NCBI GenBank assembly: GCA_964650475.1
Contig: CAZYRK010000002.1
Span: 12,087-76,086 of the forward strand
Reading direction: 5' to 3'
Length of the DNA: 64,000 nt
Origin: an uncultured Candidatus Saccharibacteria bacterium
Lineage (GTDB): Bacteria > Patescibacteriota > Minisyncoccia > Phycocordibacterales > Phycocordibacteraceae
Shown: in pieces, positions 45,997-54,549 of the stretch
Layout of the letters: each line of letters opens with the position of its first letter
Numbering within the stretch: the first letter of the stretch is position 1
Notes under the pieces: model-generated
The model's database searches: none
The model's input: the letters and a program-made list of their open reading frames with translations, nothing else
Told to the model about the DNA's origin: nothing
Made by a program: the position numbers and the translations under genes

Positions 45997-46524
45997 TTGG
46001 GAAGGTTAGACCTTCCCAACTTCCCAAGAACCATCTTTGGCACTTTTTGGGAAGGTCTAACCTTCCCAACTTTCCACAAATAAAAACCTAAGCGGTATGC
46101 CGACACTCGTTTTGCGGACACTAAGTGTCCGCAAGTGGGCTAGAAATCGTAATCGGAGAGTATGTCGAGTTTGTGTTCCATGCGCTCGCGAGCGAACTCT
46201 TTAAAAGACCCGGGCTCATTGAAGATTTCTCCGAGGAGCTCAGTGTCTAAAATCGGTGATACATTTTTCGAATTCTCGACAGGAGCACTCGTTTTGCGGA
46301 CACTAAGTGTCCGCAAGTGGGAAAGAAAGTGTTTGCGTAGCATGTTTTGCGGACACTTAGTGTCCGCAAAACAAGTGTTTGCGTTTCGTCCGTGCCATAT
46401 TGTTTTGTAATGTAGCGTGTGGTTTTTCATCAGGAGAGACCAGCTAACATTTTGGGAAGGTCTAACCTTCCCAACTTCCCGAGAACCATCTTTGGCACTT
46501 TTTGGGAAGGTTAGACCTTCCCAA
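45997..46524. repeat. Cluster A of 23-bp perfect-palindrome repeats R1 (TTGCGGACAC-T[A/T]A-GTGTCCGCAA) and R2 (TTGGGAAGGT-[TAG/CTA]-ACCTTCCCAA) with shared flanks
   Basis: R2 is at 45997, 46047, 46452 and 46502. R1 is at 46112, 46294 and 46347. Connector segments are shared (GAACCATCTTTGGCACTTT; CCACAAATAAAAACCTAAGCGGTA). Confidence 0.85.
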
Positions 46525-46570
46525 CTTGAGTGGGTGTAATTCATGTGAAAATTGCGGTAAACAAAAAGCC

Positions 46571-46618
46571 CTGCGACATTAAAACTTTTTAAAAAGTTTT
46601 AATGTCGCAGGGCTAAAC
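46571..46618 (-). terminator. 48-bp perfect palindrome terminator after pilB-pilC-orf139
   Basis: AGCCCTGCGACATTAAAACTTTTT|AAAAAGTTTTAATGTCGCAGGGCT is followed on the minus strand by TTTTTG. Confidence 0.5.
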
Positions 46619-46638
46619 TCAAACAATTGAAACTACCT

Positions 46639-47058
46639 CTAATTTGGTATCGCACTTGTCTTCGCGACAATCAGAACGCTCTTTTTACGAGTTGCCGAAC
46701 AAAAACCGTTCGTTCCCCACTCATTAACACGGAGATACGCCGCGCAAAAATCAAGCAGTGTCAATTTCTTATCAATCTCAACCAAAACAACTTTTGGCGT
46801 GTATATCGGAAATCCGCACTTCTGAGCAAGTGCTGACAAGCTACCAATCTTCGCAAGAGGAATAGCAATGTTTGAGTCGAAAGCTTTCTGTTCAAGCACT
46901 TCTTTCGGAGTAAACCTCGATACCAAAAGCATTCTCGCAAAACACTCGTGAAGCGTTGCTTCTCTTGAGGGCACGAGCATCGTCAACAAAACCTCATCTG
47001 ACAACTCTACTGTTTTAACAGTACTAAAAACCAATGTATCTCTTTTACACTCACACAT
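46639..47058 (-). CDS. Hypothetical protein in pilus locus
   Basis: 139-aa ORF between pilC and the repeat cluster, no family call. Confidence 0.4.
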   Translation of the reverse strand: MCECKRDTLVFSTVKTVELSDEVLLTMLVPSREATLHECFARMLLVSRFTPKEVLEQKAFDSNIAIPLAKIGSLSALAQKCGFPIYTPKVVLVEIDKKLTLLDFCAAYLRVNEWGTNGFCSATRKKSVLIVAKTSAIPN

Positions 47059-47192
47059 TACACTACCTCCTTACCTTTAAGGTTACTTTTTGTTCTCCTC
47101 AATCAGCAGGAGAACTATACCAAATTACAAACTTCTACTATTAAAAATACCATGCTACTTTCAATAAAACCACCGAGTATCCTCTCGAGAAA

Positions 47193-48404
47193 CTACATTG
47201 CTGAGGATAGCGAATAGATAGGTGAAATAATAGCCACGGCAAAGATACCGACACCCGTACCGATAAGAAGCATTAGCACCGGCTCTATTATTGTGGAAAG
47301 GTCTTTTGTCCTTCTCTCAACATCTTCTTCATAATAATCTGCGACTTGTTTTAGCATTCCTGCGACCTGCCCTGTCTCTTCGCCGACCTCAATCATGTCG
47401 GAAAACATAGTCGGGTACCTTTTCTCGTGCTCAAGAAACGCAGAGGAAAGAGTGTCGCCTTTGCGCACACGGTCTTCGGCTTCTTTTATTATTGAAGCAA
47501 ATTCTTTTGCACTGACGACTTCACGAGTTATCGCAAGAGCGTCGAGCATATCGACACCGGAAGAAAGTAGCGAGGAAAGAGTTCGTGATGTACGCGCCGC
47601 GTATGTCTCTTTTACCAAGTCACCAATAACCGGAATAACTAGCGCTACTCGAAACAAGAAATTACCTCCAAACTCAGATTTTGCAAAAGCCATAACAGCG
47701 GAAACAAATGCTCCGACACCAAAAAGGAAAAGTATCGTGTGGTTGATGAGGAAGTTTGATATCGCTACAATAACGCGCGTAGCAAGAGGAAGTTTCACTC
47801 CGAGCTGTGAAAAGGTTGCCGTAAGTGTCGGCACCACGAACATAAGCATAAGTACAAAAATAATCGCCATGGCGATGATGATTATGCTTGGATAAATCAT
47901 CGCTCCGCGTACTTTTTTCGTGAGGTTTCGTGCGCGTTCCATTTGCTTGCCGACAATAGCGAGCGACTCTGCCAAAGTACCGCCCTCTTCACCTGCATGT
48001 GCCATTGCCACGAAAAGTTTTGGGAATAGCTTAGGGTGTTCCGCTAAAGATTCGTGAAAAGCTGAACCTTTTTTGATAGATTCACTGACAGAAACAAGCA
48101 CCGCTTTCAAGTGCCTATTGCGAGTTTGTCTTTCTACAACAGCAACCGAACGCGAAAGAGTGAGCCCTGCGTGAAGCATAGAGCCCAGGTTTCTTGTCAT
48201 AAGAACAATATCGTCTGCGGACACGCCCGTGCCAAAAGTAATGTTAAGCCATGAAGGCATGGAAAGTCCGGCACCTTCTTTAAGCGAAGTAACCTGAGAA
48301 CCTTCTTTTTCAATTTGTTCGTAAACAGCAAAACGAGAAGTCGCTTCAACGACGCGTTTCTCTTCGTTTCCGCTTTTGTTTTTGATTGTAATGCTGTATT
48401 TCAT
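47193..48404 (-). CDS. pilC: Type IV pilus assembly platform protein PilC (GspF family)
   Basis: 403 aa, duplicated GspF domains with TM segments. Confidence 0.85.
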   Translation of the reverse strand: MKYSITIKNKSGNEEKRVVEATSRFAVYEQIEKEGSQVTSLKEGAGLSMPSWLNITFGTGVSADDIVLMTRNLGSMLHAGLTLSRSVAVVERQTRNRHLKAVLVSVSESIKKGSAFHESLAEHPKLFPKLFVAMAHAGEEGGTLAESLAIVGKQMERARNLTKKVRGAMIYPSIIIIAMAIIFVLMLMFVVPTLTATFSQLGVKLPLATRVIVAISNFLINHTILFLFGVGAFVSAVMAFAKSEFGGNFLFRVALVIPVIGDLVKETYAARTSRTLSSLLSSGVDMLDALAITREVVSAKEFASIIKEAEDRVRKGDTLSSAFLEHEKRYPTMFSDMIEVGEETGQVAGMLKQVADYYEEDVERRTKDLSTIIEPVLMLLIGTGVGIFAVAIISPIYSLSSAM

Positions 48405-48433
48405 ATTCGGGGGGTTATGGCTTAGCTAAATCA

Positions 48434-50185
48434 TTAATCAGATATTGCCCGTAAGACTTCCTCAAGCGAAGTAATACCGCGTGCTGCTTTATAAAGACCA
48501 TCCTCAAGCATTGTGAGCATGCCTTCTTTGCGAGCCTGCTCCTCGATAACGTCGATAGTGCCTTCATGCAAAATCTTTTCACGTATGGCGGGCGATACTG
48601 AAAGAATCTCGTGAATACCTATACGACTATGGTACCCGTCTTCGCACTCTGTTGACGGTTTTGGTCGATAAAAAGGAACTTCATCAAGAGAGGTGCCGGG
48701 TTTAATCATCTTTTCATTCAGAAGAGACTGCAATGCAACGTCAAAATGCTCCGGCGCCGTAACTTTGGCGCGTTCTTCTTCCGTAAGGGTGTACTGTTCT
48801 TTTTCCGTACATAGTTGTCGAACAAGTCTTTGCCCGACAATAACCCGCAGAGTTGAAACAAGCAAAAACGGCTCAATACCCATGTCGATTAAACGAGGTA
48901 CTGCCCCTGCAGCGCTGTTTGTGTGGATTGTGGAAAGAACAAGGTGCCCGGTAAGTGCGGCGTTTATAGCGAGACTCGCCGTCTCGCCGTCTCGAATCTC
49001 ACCAACCATAATAATATTCGGATCTTGGCGCATAAGCGAGCGCAACCCGGTTGCAAAAGTAAACCCGATGGAAGGATTAACCTGTGTTTGGTTTACGCGC
49101 TTCATCTGGTACTCGATAGGATCCTCGATGGTTGAAATATTTACATCCGGAGTGTTTAAAAGGTCGAGAACCGTATAAAGAGTTGTTGTTTTACCACTTC
49201 CGGTTGGTCCTGAGATAAGGATAATGCCGGTCGTTTGTCGTGTAGCACGATGAATATGCTCCATTGTTTCGCCATGGAAACCCAAAGTTTCCAAAGTAAG
49301 AAAGCCCCCTGTTTCGCGAAGTAGACGCATTACGACCTTTTCACCATAGAAAACAGGTAGGAGCGAGACACGAAACGACACTTTTTCTGTCTCTGTTTCC
49401 ATTTTGAAACGCCCGTCTTGCGGGAGACGTTTCTCGTCTAGTTTTAGGTTTGAAAGAACTTTAATACGCGCAACAATCCCCGGACCGGCCTGCTTTGGGA
49501 GAGTCATTGCGTCGTGCAATATTCCGTCGATGCGGTATCGCACGAGCACTTCGTCTTCCATCGGCTCGATGTGAATATCGGAAGCTTCCTGCACAATAGC
49601 GTGACGAAGCAAAGAATCCACGATTCGCACAATCGGCAAATCCTCCGCCATCTTTTTCAAATCCTCACCGGACGCGTTTCCTTTTTCATCACCCTGAACA
49701 ACCTTGATACGCCCTGCTTCTTTGGCGATGATATCTCCAAACTCTTCTTTTAGGGATTTTTGGTATTGCAAAAGAGCGTGTTTGAGCGAATCCTCATCTG
49801 TTAGGCGCGGGAGAATTCTTAGCCCTGTTTTTTTACGCACAGAGTCTATAGCTGCGAGGTCTTGCGTATCGAGCATTGCCACTTCGAGCCCTTTCTCGGT
49901 TTTCTTGTACGCAATAATCGAGTTCGTTCGCGCAATCGGTTCCGGAATAAGCGCCAAAACATCTTCTGAGATTTTCAAATCTTTCAAGCTTACGAAAGGT
50001 ATCCCGAGAACATACGCTTTAATGCGCCGAAGCGCATCCGAGGTTAAAAGCCCCCGGCTTACCAACACGTCGCCTACGGATTGTTTGCTTTTCTTTGATT
50101 CTTCAACTGCGGAATCTATATCTTTACGAGCAACCAAGCCCGAATCGATTATGAATTTCTTTAGATCGCTTTCTATAATCTGCAT
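48434..50185 (-). CDS. pilB: Type IV pilus assembly ATPase PilB (GspE family)
   Basis: 583 aa, Walker A GPTGSGKTTT, GspE N-domain. Confidence 0.9.
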   Translation of the reverse strand: MQIIESDLKKFIIDSGLVARKDIDSAVEESKKSKQSVGDVLVSRGLLTSDALRRIKAYVLGIPFVSLKDLKISEDVLALIPEPIARTNSIIAYKKTEKGLEVAMLDTQDLAAIDSVRKKTGLRILPRLTDEDSLKHALLQYQKSLKEEFGDIIAKEAGRIKVVQGDEKGNASGEDLKKMAEDLPIVRIVDSLLRHAIVQEASDIHIEPMEDEVLVRYRIDGILHDAMTLPKQAGPGIVARIKVLSNLKLDEKRLPQDGRFKMETETEKVSFRVSLLPVFYGEKVVMRLLRETGGFLTLETLGFHGETMEHIHRATRQTTGIILISGPTGSGKTTTLYTVLDLLNTPDVNISTIEDPIEYQMKRVNQTQVNPSIGFTFATGLRSLMRQDPNIIMVGEIRDGETASLAINAALTGHLVLSTIHTNSAAGAVPRLIDMGIEPFLLVSTLRVIVGQRLVRQLCTEKEQYTLTEEERAKVTAPEHFDVALQSLLNEKMIKPGTSLDEVPFYRPKPSTECEDGYHSRIGIHEILSVSPAIREKILHEGTIDVIEEQARKEGMLTMLEDGLYKAARGITSLEEVLRAISD

Positions 50186-50306
50186 ATGTATGTAAAGTAT
50201 AACGCGCCAAAGCTTCGCTTTGGCGCGTTATACCCGTATCGCACGTGGAAAACCCACGTTCGTATAAAAAAACGAAGGCTTTACCTTCGTTTTTTTATTT
50301 TTGGTT

Positions 50307-50921
50307 CTATTTTGTTTTATATACTTTATCTACGATACCGTATTTCTTCGCTTCGTCTGCTGTCATAAAGAAGTCGCGGTCAACATCTTTTTCTATCTGC
50401 GATACAGGCTTGCCGGTGTTTTTCGCCATAAGTTTATTAAGACGATCGCGAGTGGCGAGAATATGCTTTGCAGTAATTTCAATATCTGATGCCTGACCTT
50501 CAGCTCCGCCAAGAGGCTGGTGAATCATAATCTCTGCATTTGGAAGAGCAAAACGCTTGCCTTTTTTTCCTGAGGAAAGTAGCCATGCTCCACCGGAGGC
50601 GGCAAGACCCACGACAACAGTAGCCACATCAGGAGCCACATGATTCATAGTATCTATCATTGCCATCGTTGCGGAAACAGACCCTCCCGGAGAATTAACA
50701 TACAGGTAAATGTCTTTCTTGGGATCTTCCGCTTCCAAGAAAAGAAGCTGTGCGATTATGAGGTTTGCCGTCTCGCTTTCTATCACTCCGCCAAGGAAAA
50801 TAACTCTTTCTTTTAGAAGTCGCGAGTAAATATCGTAAGCCCGCTCACCAAACTGGGATTTTTCTACGACCATCGGAACCATAAAAGATGCCCGCGGTTG
50901 TCTTGTGTTGAAGTCTTGCAT
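50307..50921 (-). CDS. clpP: ATP-dependent Clp protease proteolytic subunit
   Basis: 204 aa, ..[17 protein letters not shown].. ClpP signatures. Confidence 0.93.
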   Translation of the reverse strand: MQDFNTRQPRASFMVPMVVEKSQFGERAYDIYSRLLKERVIFLGGVIESETANLIIAQLLFLEAEDPKKDIYLYVNSPGGSVSATMAMIDTMNHVAPDVATVVVGLAASGGAWLLSSGKKGKRFALPNAEIMIHQPLGGAEGQASDIEITAKHILATRDRLNKLMAKNTGKPVSQIEKDVDRDFFMTADEAKKYGIVDKVYKTK

Positions 50922-50984
50922 ATGCTTTGCATACTATCTATCTTTTGTGTTGCTTGCAAGTTTTTTTATTTTTGCGCGCACTGT

Positions 50985-51048
50985 CAAAACAAAGCGCACC
51001 GCGGGAAAGTTTCTAAAGAAACTTTCCCGCGGTGCGCTTTGTTTTACG
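50985..51048. terminator. Long bidirectional hairpin terminator (24-bp stem)
   Basis: AAAACAAAGCGCACCGCGGGAAAGTTTC-TAAA-GAAACTTTCCCGCGGTGCGCTTTGTTTT. Confidence 0.5.
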
Positions 51049-51060
51049 AAAACAGACTTA

Positions 51061-51294
51061 TTATTTTGTAGTCGAAGAGGCTTCCAAGCTTCCAACTACA
51101 GATGCTGTCTGAGGATTTTGGTTGTATTTCTTTACACGCTTATTCCATGCGTAAATAGCCCCGACCACTATCATGGAGATGATAAGCATTATTGCGAGAA
51201 AGGCTCCCCACGATTGCTGTCGAGCAGTCGATACCGGTGGCATAGACATATTTGTTTTTTCATCTGTTGTTTCAGTATCTTTTTCTATTTCCAT
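51061..51294 (-). CDS. Small single-pass membrane protein
   Basis: The ORF is trimmed to MEIEKD.. (77 aa) so it starts after the terminator at 51335-51365. One TM helix. Confidence 0.3.
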   Translation of the reverse strand: MEIEKDTETTDEKTNMSMPPVSTARQQSWGAFLAIMLIISMIVVGAIYAWNKRVKKYNQNPQTASVVGSLEASSTTK

Positions 51295-51385
51295 ATTATT
51301 TTTAGTATAGCAAAACATGACCGATACATGCAAAAACCGCGCGCCTACGGCGCGCGGTTTTATAAAACTCACCTTACAATAAGGT

Positions 51386-52771
51386 CTACTCGTCCGAAGC
51401 CACTTTGTCTCGCGACTCTTCTTCATCTACAATCGATGCTCCCGCGTCTTCTGTAAGCTCTTCTTCCGCAGAAAGTTCTGTCGGTGCATTTTTCACACCT
51501 TCAGGAATAACTTCTTCAGAAGCTGTTGGTTCTACTCCGGCTTCTTCAGCTGGAGTTTCAGTATTCGTTGCGACATCTTCTTCCGGTGATATATCTACAG
51601 AATCACCGTCTGTTTGCGCAACATCTGCACCTCCTGTCGACATTATGTCGATATTCCATCCGGTAAGCTTCGCAGAAAGACGTACGTTTTGCCCCCCGCG
51701 ACCAATGGCAAGCGACTGTTGGTCTTCCGTCACAGTTACCGTCGCACGATGCTCCGAGCTATCGAGTACCACGTCAATCGCAGTCGCCGGCGAAAGAGCG
51801 TCTTTGATGTAAGTCTCTATATCATCAGACCACTCGATAATATCGATACGCTCACCACCGAGCTCACCCATTACGGTCGAAACACGCACACCGCGCTGTC
51901 CTACGAGCGAACCTACAGGATCGATACTCGGATCAGTCGATACAACAGCGAGCTTTGTACGGCTCCCCGCTTCGCGTACGATTTCTTTAATTTCAATGGA
52001 GCCTGAAGCGAGCTCCGGTACTTCCATCTCAAAAAGCTTTACCACAAAGCGCGGATGCGCGCGGGAAAGACGTAAGTACACCCCACGGAAACCTTCATCT
52101 ACATTATAAAGGTATGCACGGATTCGCTCGCCTGGTCGATACCTCTCTCCGGGAATCTGCTCTTCATAAGGAATGATACCCGTAGTGCGTCCGAGGTCGA
52201 TATATAAAGCTCCGCGTTCTACCCTTTGCACAACACCTGAGACAATCTCTTCCTTCTTGCTTGCAAACTCTTCAAGGATAGAGAGTTTTTCCGCTTCGCG
52301 AATTTTTTGAATAATAACCTGCTTGGCGGTTTGCGCTGCAATCCTACCGAAATCGTCTTGCGGTTCCAGTGGAAAAACAAGCTCTTCACCAACTACAACA
52401 TCACGCTTCATCAGCTTCGCGTTTTCAAGGAGAATATGCTTCTCAGTATCAAAACGAGGAAGTTCCTCCTCGTCTGAAGTTTCTTCACCTTCTTGCGTTG
52501 GGAGTGTTTTTGCTTTTTCAGGTTCCTCGTCTTCCTGTTCTTCTGTAGCAAAACGCACAGTTGTGTCATCAACAACTGTTTTTATCTGCTCGAAACTTAC
52601 TGTTCCACTATCTAAATCAAGTTTTGCGCGCACTACCTGCCCGCGTTTTCCGTACTCTTTTTTGTATGCTGTGGCCATTGCCGTTTCAATGGCATCGACC
52701 ATAGTCTCGCGGGAAATACCGCGATCTTCAAACTCCCCTAGCACCAGCTTAATGGTTTTGAGATCAATCAT
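51386..52771 (-). CDS. nusA: Transcription termination/antitermination factor NusA with acidic C-terminal tail
   Basis: MIDLKTIKLVLGEF.. NusA N-terminus, S1/KH domains, and a long E/D/T-rich C-terminus. The start is set at the internal Met 52771. Confidence 0.88.
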   Translation of the reverse strand: MIDLKTIKLVLGEFEDRGISRETMVDAIETAMATAYKKEYGKRGQVVRAKLDLDSGTVSFEQIKTVVDDTTVRFATEEQEDEEPEKAKTLPTQEGEETSDEEELPRFDTEKHILLENAKLMKRDVVVGEELVFPLEPQDDFGRIAAQTAKQVIIQKIREAEKLSILEEFASKKEEIVSGVVQRVERGALYIDLGRTTGIIPYEEQIPGERYRPGERIRAYLYNVDEGFRGVYLRLSRAHPRFVVKLFEMEVPELASGSIEIKEIVREAGSRTKLAVVSTDPSIDPVGSLVGQRGVRVSTVMGELGGERIDIIEWSDDIETYIKDALSPATAIDVVLDSSEHRATVTVTEDQQSLAIGRGGQNVRLSAKLTGWNIDIMSTGGADVAQTDGDSVDISPEEDVATNTETPAEEAGVEPTASEEVIPEGVKNAPTELSAEEELTEDAGASIVDEEESRDKVASDE

Positions 52772-52847
52772 AATAAAATATTTTAGAAATATGTACCGCT
52801 TCACTATAACAAGAAATGCCCGCATTGCGGACATTTCAGGGTAAAAA

Positions 52848-52877
52848 CATATTACCAAGTTAGAGAGTATGCGTCAA
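52848..52877 (-). promoter_or_regulatory. Candidate sigma70 promoter for nusA
   Basis: Minus strand reads TTGACG-N18-TAATAT, ~75 nt upstream of the nusA ATG. Confidence 0.35.
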
Positions 52878-52894
52878 CCCGCAGAGAACTGCGC

Positions 52895-53092
52895 TTACCA
52901 CGCGTAGCGCATGCCACGAGAAGACGTCTTTAACACAATGTTTCCTCGGCAGATGCTACGCACCAATTTTTTTGGGTCCCTGTGCCCAGCTTGGCGAGTT
53001 AATACGAACACGGCTTGCTGTAAATCTTCTCTTGAGATTTCTTCAATCTCAGACATCATCTCCCTCTTTTCTATACTACTATTATTACCCAT
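52895..53092 (-). CDS. Small hypothetical ORF
   Basis: 65 aa, no homolog recognised. It may be non-coding. Confidence 0.2.
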   Translation of the reverse strand: MGNNSSIEKREMMSEIEEISREDLQQAVFVLTRQAGHRDPKKLVRSICRGNIVLKTSSRGMRYAW

Positions 53093-53164
53093 GACCTAAC
53101 CTCCTTTAAAAAAGTTATTGTCTGTACTTCATTCCGTGCAAAATATACTTTGTCTAAAGCAAAA

Positions 53165-53210
53165 AAGCAACAGCGGGGCGCCTTCGGCGCCCCGCTGTTG
53201 CTTTTTTGCC
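53165..53210. terminator. Hairpin terminator after cfa
   Basis: AAAAAAGCAACAGCGGGGCGCC-TTC-GGCGCCCCGCTGTTGCTTTTTT. Confidence 0.55.
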
Positions 53211-53220
53211 CCGCATACAT

Positions 53221-54354
53221 TTACCGCACAGAAATATACCCACCCAACACACCTTTTTTAGACAAAACGATTTGCCAAAGTTGCGCTTCGCGTGCGCGAA
53301 ACAACCCTGCGCACGAGAGCAGATAGTATTTCCACATTCTGTAAAACTCTTCACCGTACTCCTTTATAACTTCTGTCCGATATTTTTCTACATTTTCAAA
53401 CCATGCCATCAGAGTTTTGTCATAGTCCGTACCAAAGTTATGCCAGTCCTCCATTACAAACACCTTTTCTATAGAATCCCCGATTTGTTTTATTGACGGG
53501 AGCATGGAGTTTGGAAAAATGTATTTATTTATCCATGGGTCTGTTGCGTGAACAGACCAATTTCCTCCTATAGTGTGGAGCAAAAACAGTCCATCATCTT
53601 TAAGAAGTTTCCGAACCGCTTTCATGTACGTTTTATAATTTTTATATCCGACATGTTCAAACATTCCTATGGAAACGATGCGATCAAAAGAACCTTCGGT
53701 GTCGCGATAGTCTTCAACACGAATCTCAATCGGCAACCCTTTACACTTTTCTCGAGCAAGCTTTGCTTGCTCTTTGGAAACAGTAATACCAACAGCGGAA
53801 ACTCCGTATTTCTCTACTGCATACTTAACAAAACTTCCCCATCCGCACCCGATATCGAGAATTTTCATACCGGGTTTCAAACCGATTTTCTTGCAAACCA
53901 GATCGAGTTTCGCTTCCTGTGCTTCTTCAAGATTTTTTGCATCTTTCCAATAACCGCATGTGTATGTTAAACGCGAATCAAGCATTTTCTCAAACAGACT
54001 ATTTCCTGCATCGTAATGTGTTTTGCCCACCTGAAAAGCGCGTTTTTTCGAGCTCTTATTAAAAACGAAAGCTCCTGCCAGATACAAAAGAGTCTTAACA
54101 TCTTTAAGACGAAGCATTTTCAACAATTCCGTGTCCAAACGCGTCCTGAAAATTTTATAAAAGAACTCATCAAGTTTTTCTGCGCCCCACCAACCCGCAA
54201 CATACGACTCTCCAAGACCGAGCGAACCACGAGTAAACACTTGGTCGTATACACCCTCATTCTTAACCTGCATATCCCATGGATTAGAACCATTGATATG
54301 CACTCCGGATTTCTCCAGTAATAACTCCGCCAGTTTTTTTGTCTTTTTACTCAT
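53221..54354 (-). CDS. cfa: Cyclopropane-fatty-acyl-phospholipid synthase (SAM-dependent methyltransferase)
   Basis: 377 aa, ..ILDIGCGWG.. SAM-binding motif and CFA-synthase N-domain. Confidence 0.85.
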   Translation of the reverse strand: MSKKTKKLAELLLEKSGVHINGSNPWDMQVKNEGVYDQVFTRGSLGLGESYVAGWWGAEKLDEFFYKIFRTRLDTELLKMLRLKDVKTLLYLAGAFVFNKSSKKRAFQVGKTHYDAGNSLFEKMLDSRLTYTCGYWKDAKNLEEAQEAKLDLVCKKIGLKPGMKILDIGCGWGSFVKYAVEKYGVSAVGITVSKEQAKLAREKCKGLPIEIRVEDYRDTEGSFDRIVSIGMFEHVGYKNYKTYMKAVRKLLKDDGLFLLHTIGGNWSVHATDPWINKYIFPNSMLPSIKQIGDSIEKVFVMEDWHNFGTDYDKTLMAWFENVEKYRTEVIKEYGEEFYRMWKYYLLSCAGLFRAREAQLWQIVLSKKGVLGGYISVR

Positions 54355-54549
54355 GGTATTTATATAAAAACTATACTACAGCTCTACTTAAAGTACATGC
54401 GCATTTCTACGGTAGCCCAATAACGCGGGCAAAAGACCTCCGGTCTTTTGCCCGCGTTATCCCCACCCACACACAAACAACCTGCCCCGCACAACACATC
54501 TGATATACAATCAAGACATTAACTTAATATTAATATCCACTTTTCTTTT

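Noticed and set aside
45997-46524. Possibility that the repeat clusters are CRISPR arrays
   Set aside because: Two different repeat types are interleaved, the spacing is irregular (48-195 bp), the repeats are perfect palindromes with shared connector sequence, and there are no cas genes nearby.
46140-46544. 134-aa ORF spanning repeat cluster A
   Set aside because: Most of its length is translation of the R1/R2 palindromes (LRTLSVRK, GKVRPSQ motifs recur as artefacts). It is not a credible protein.
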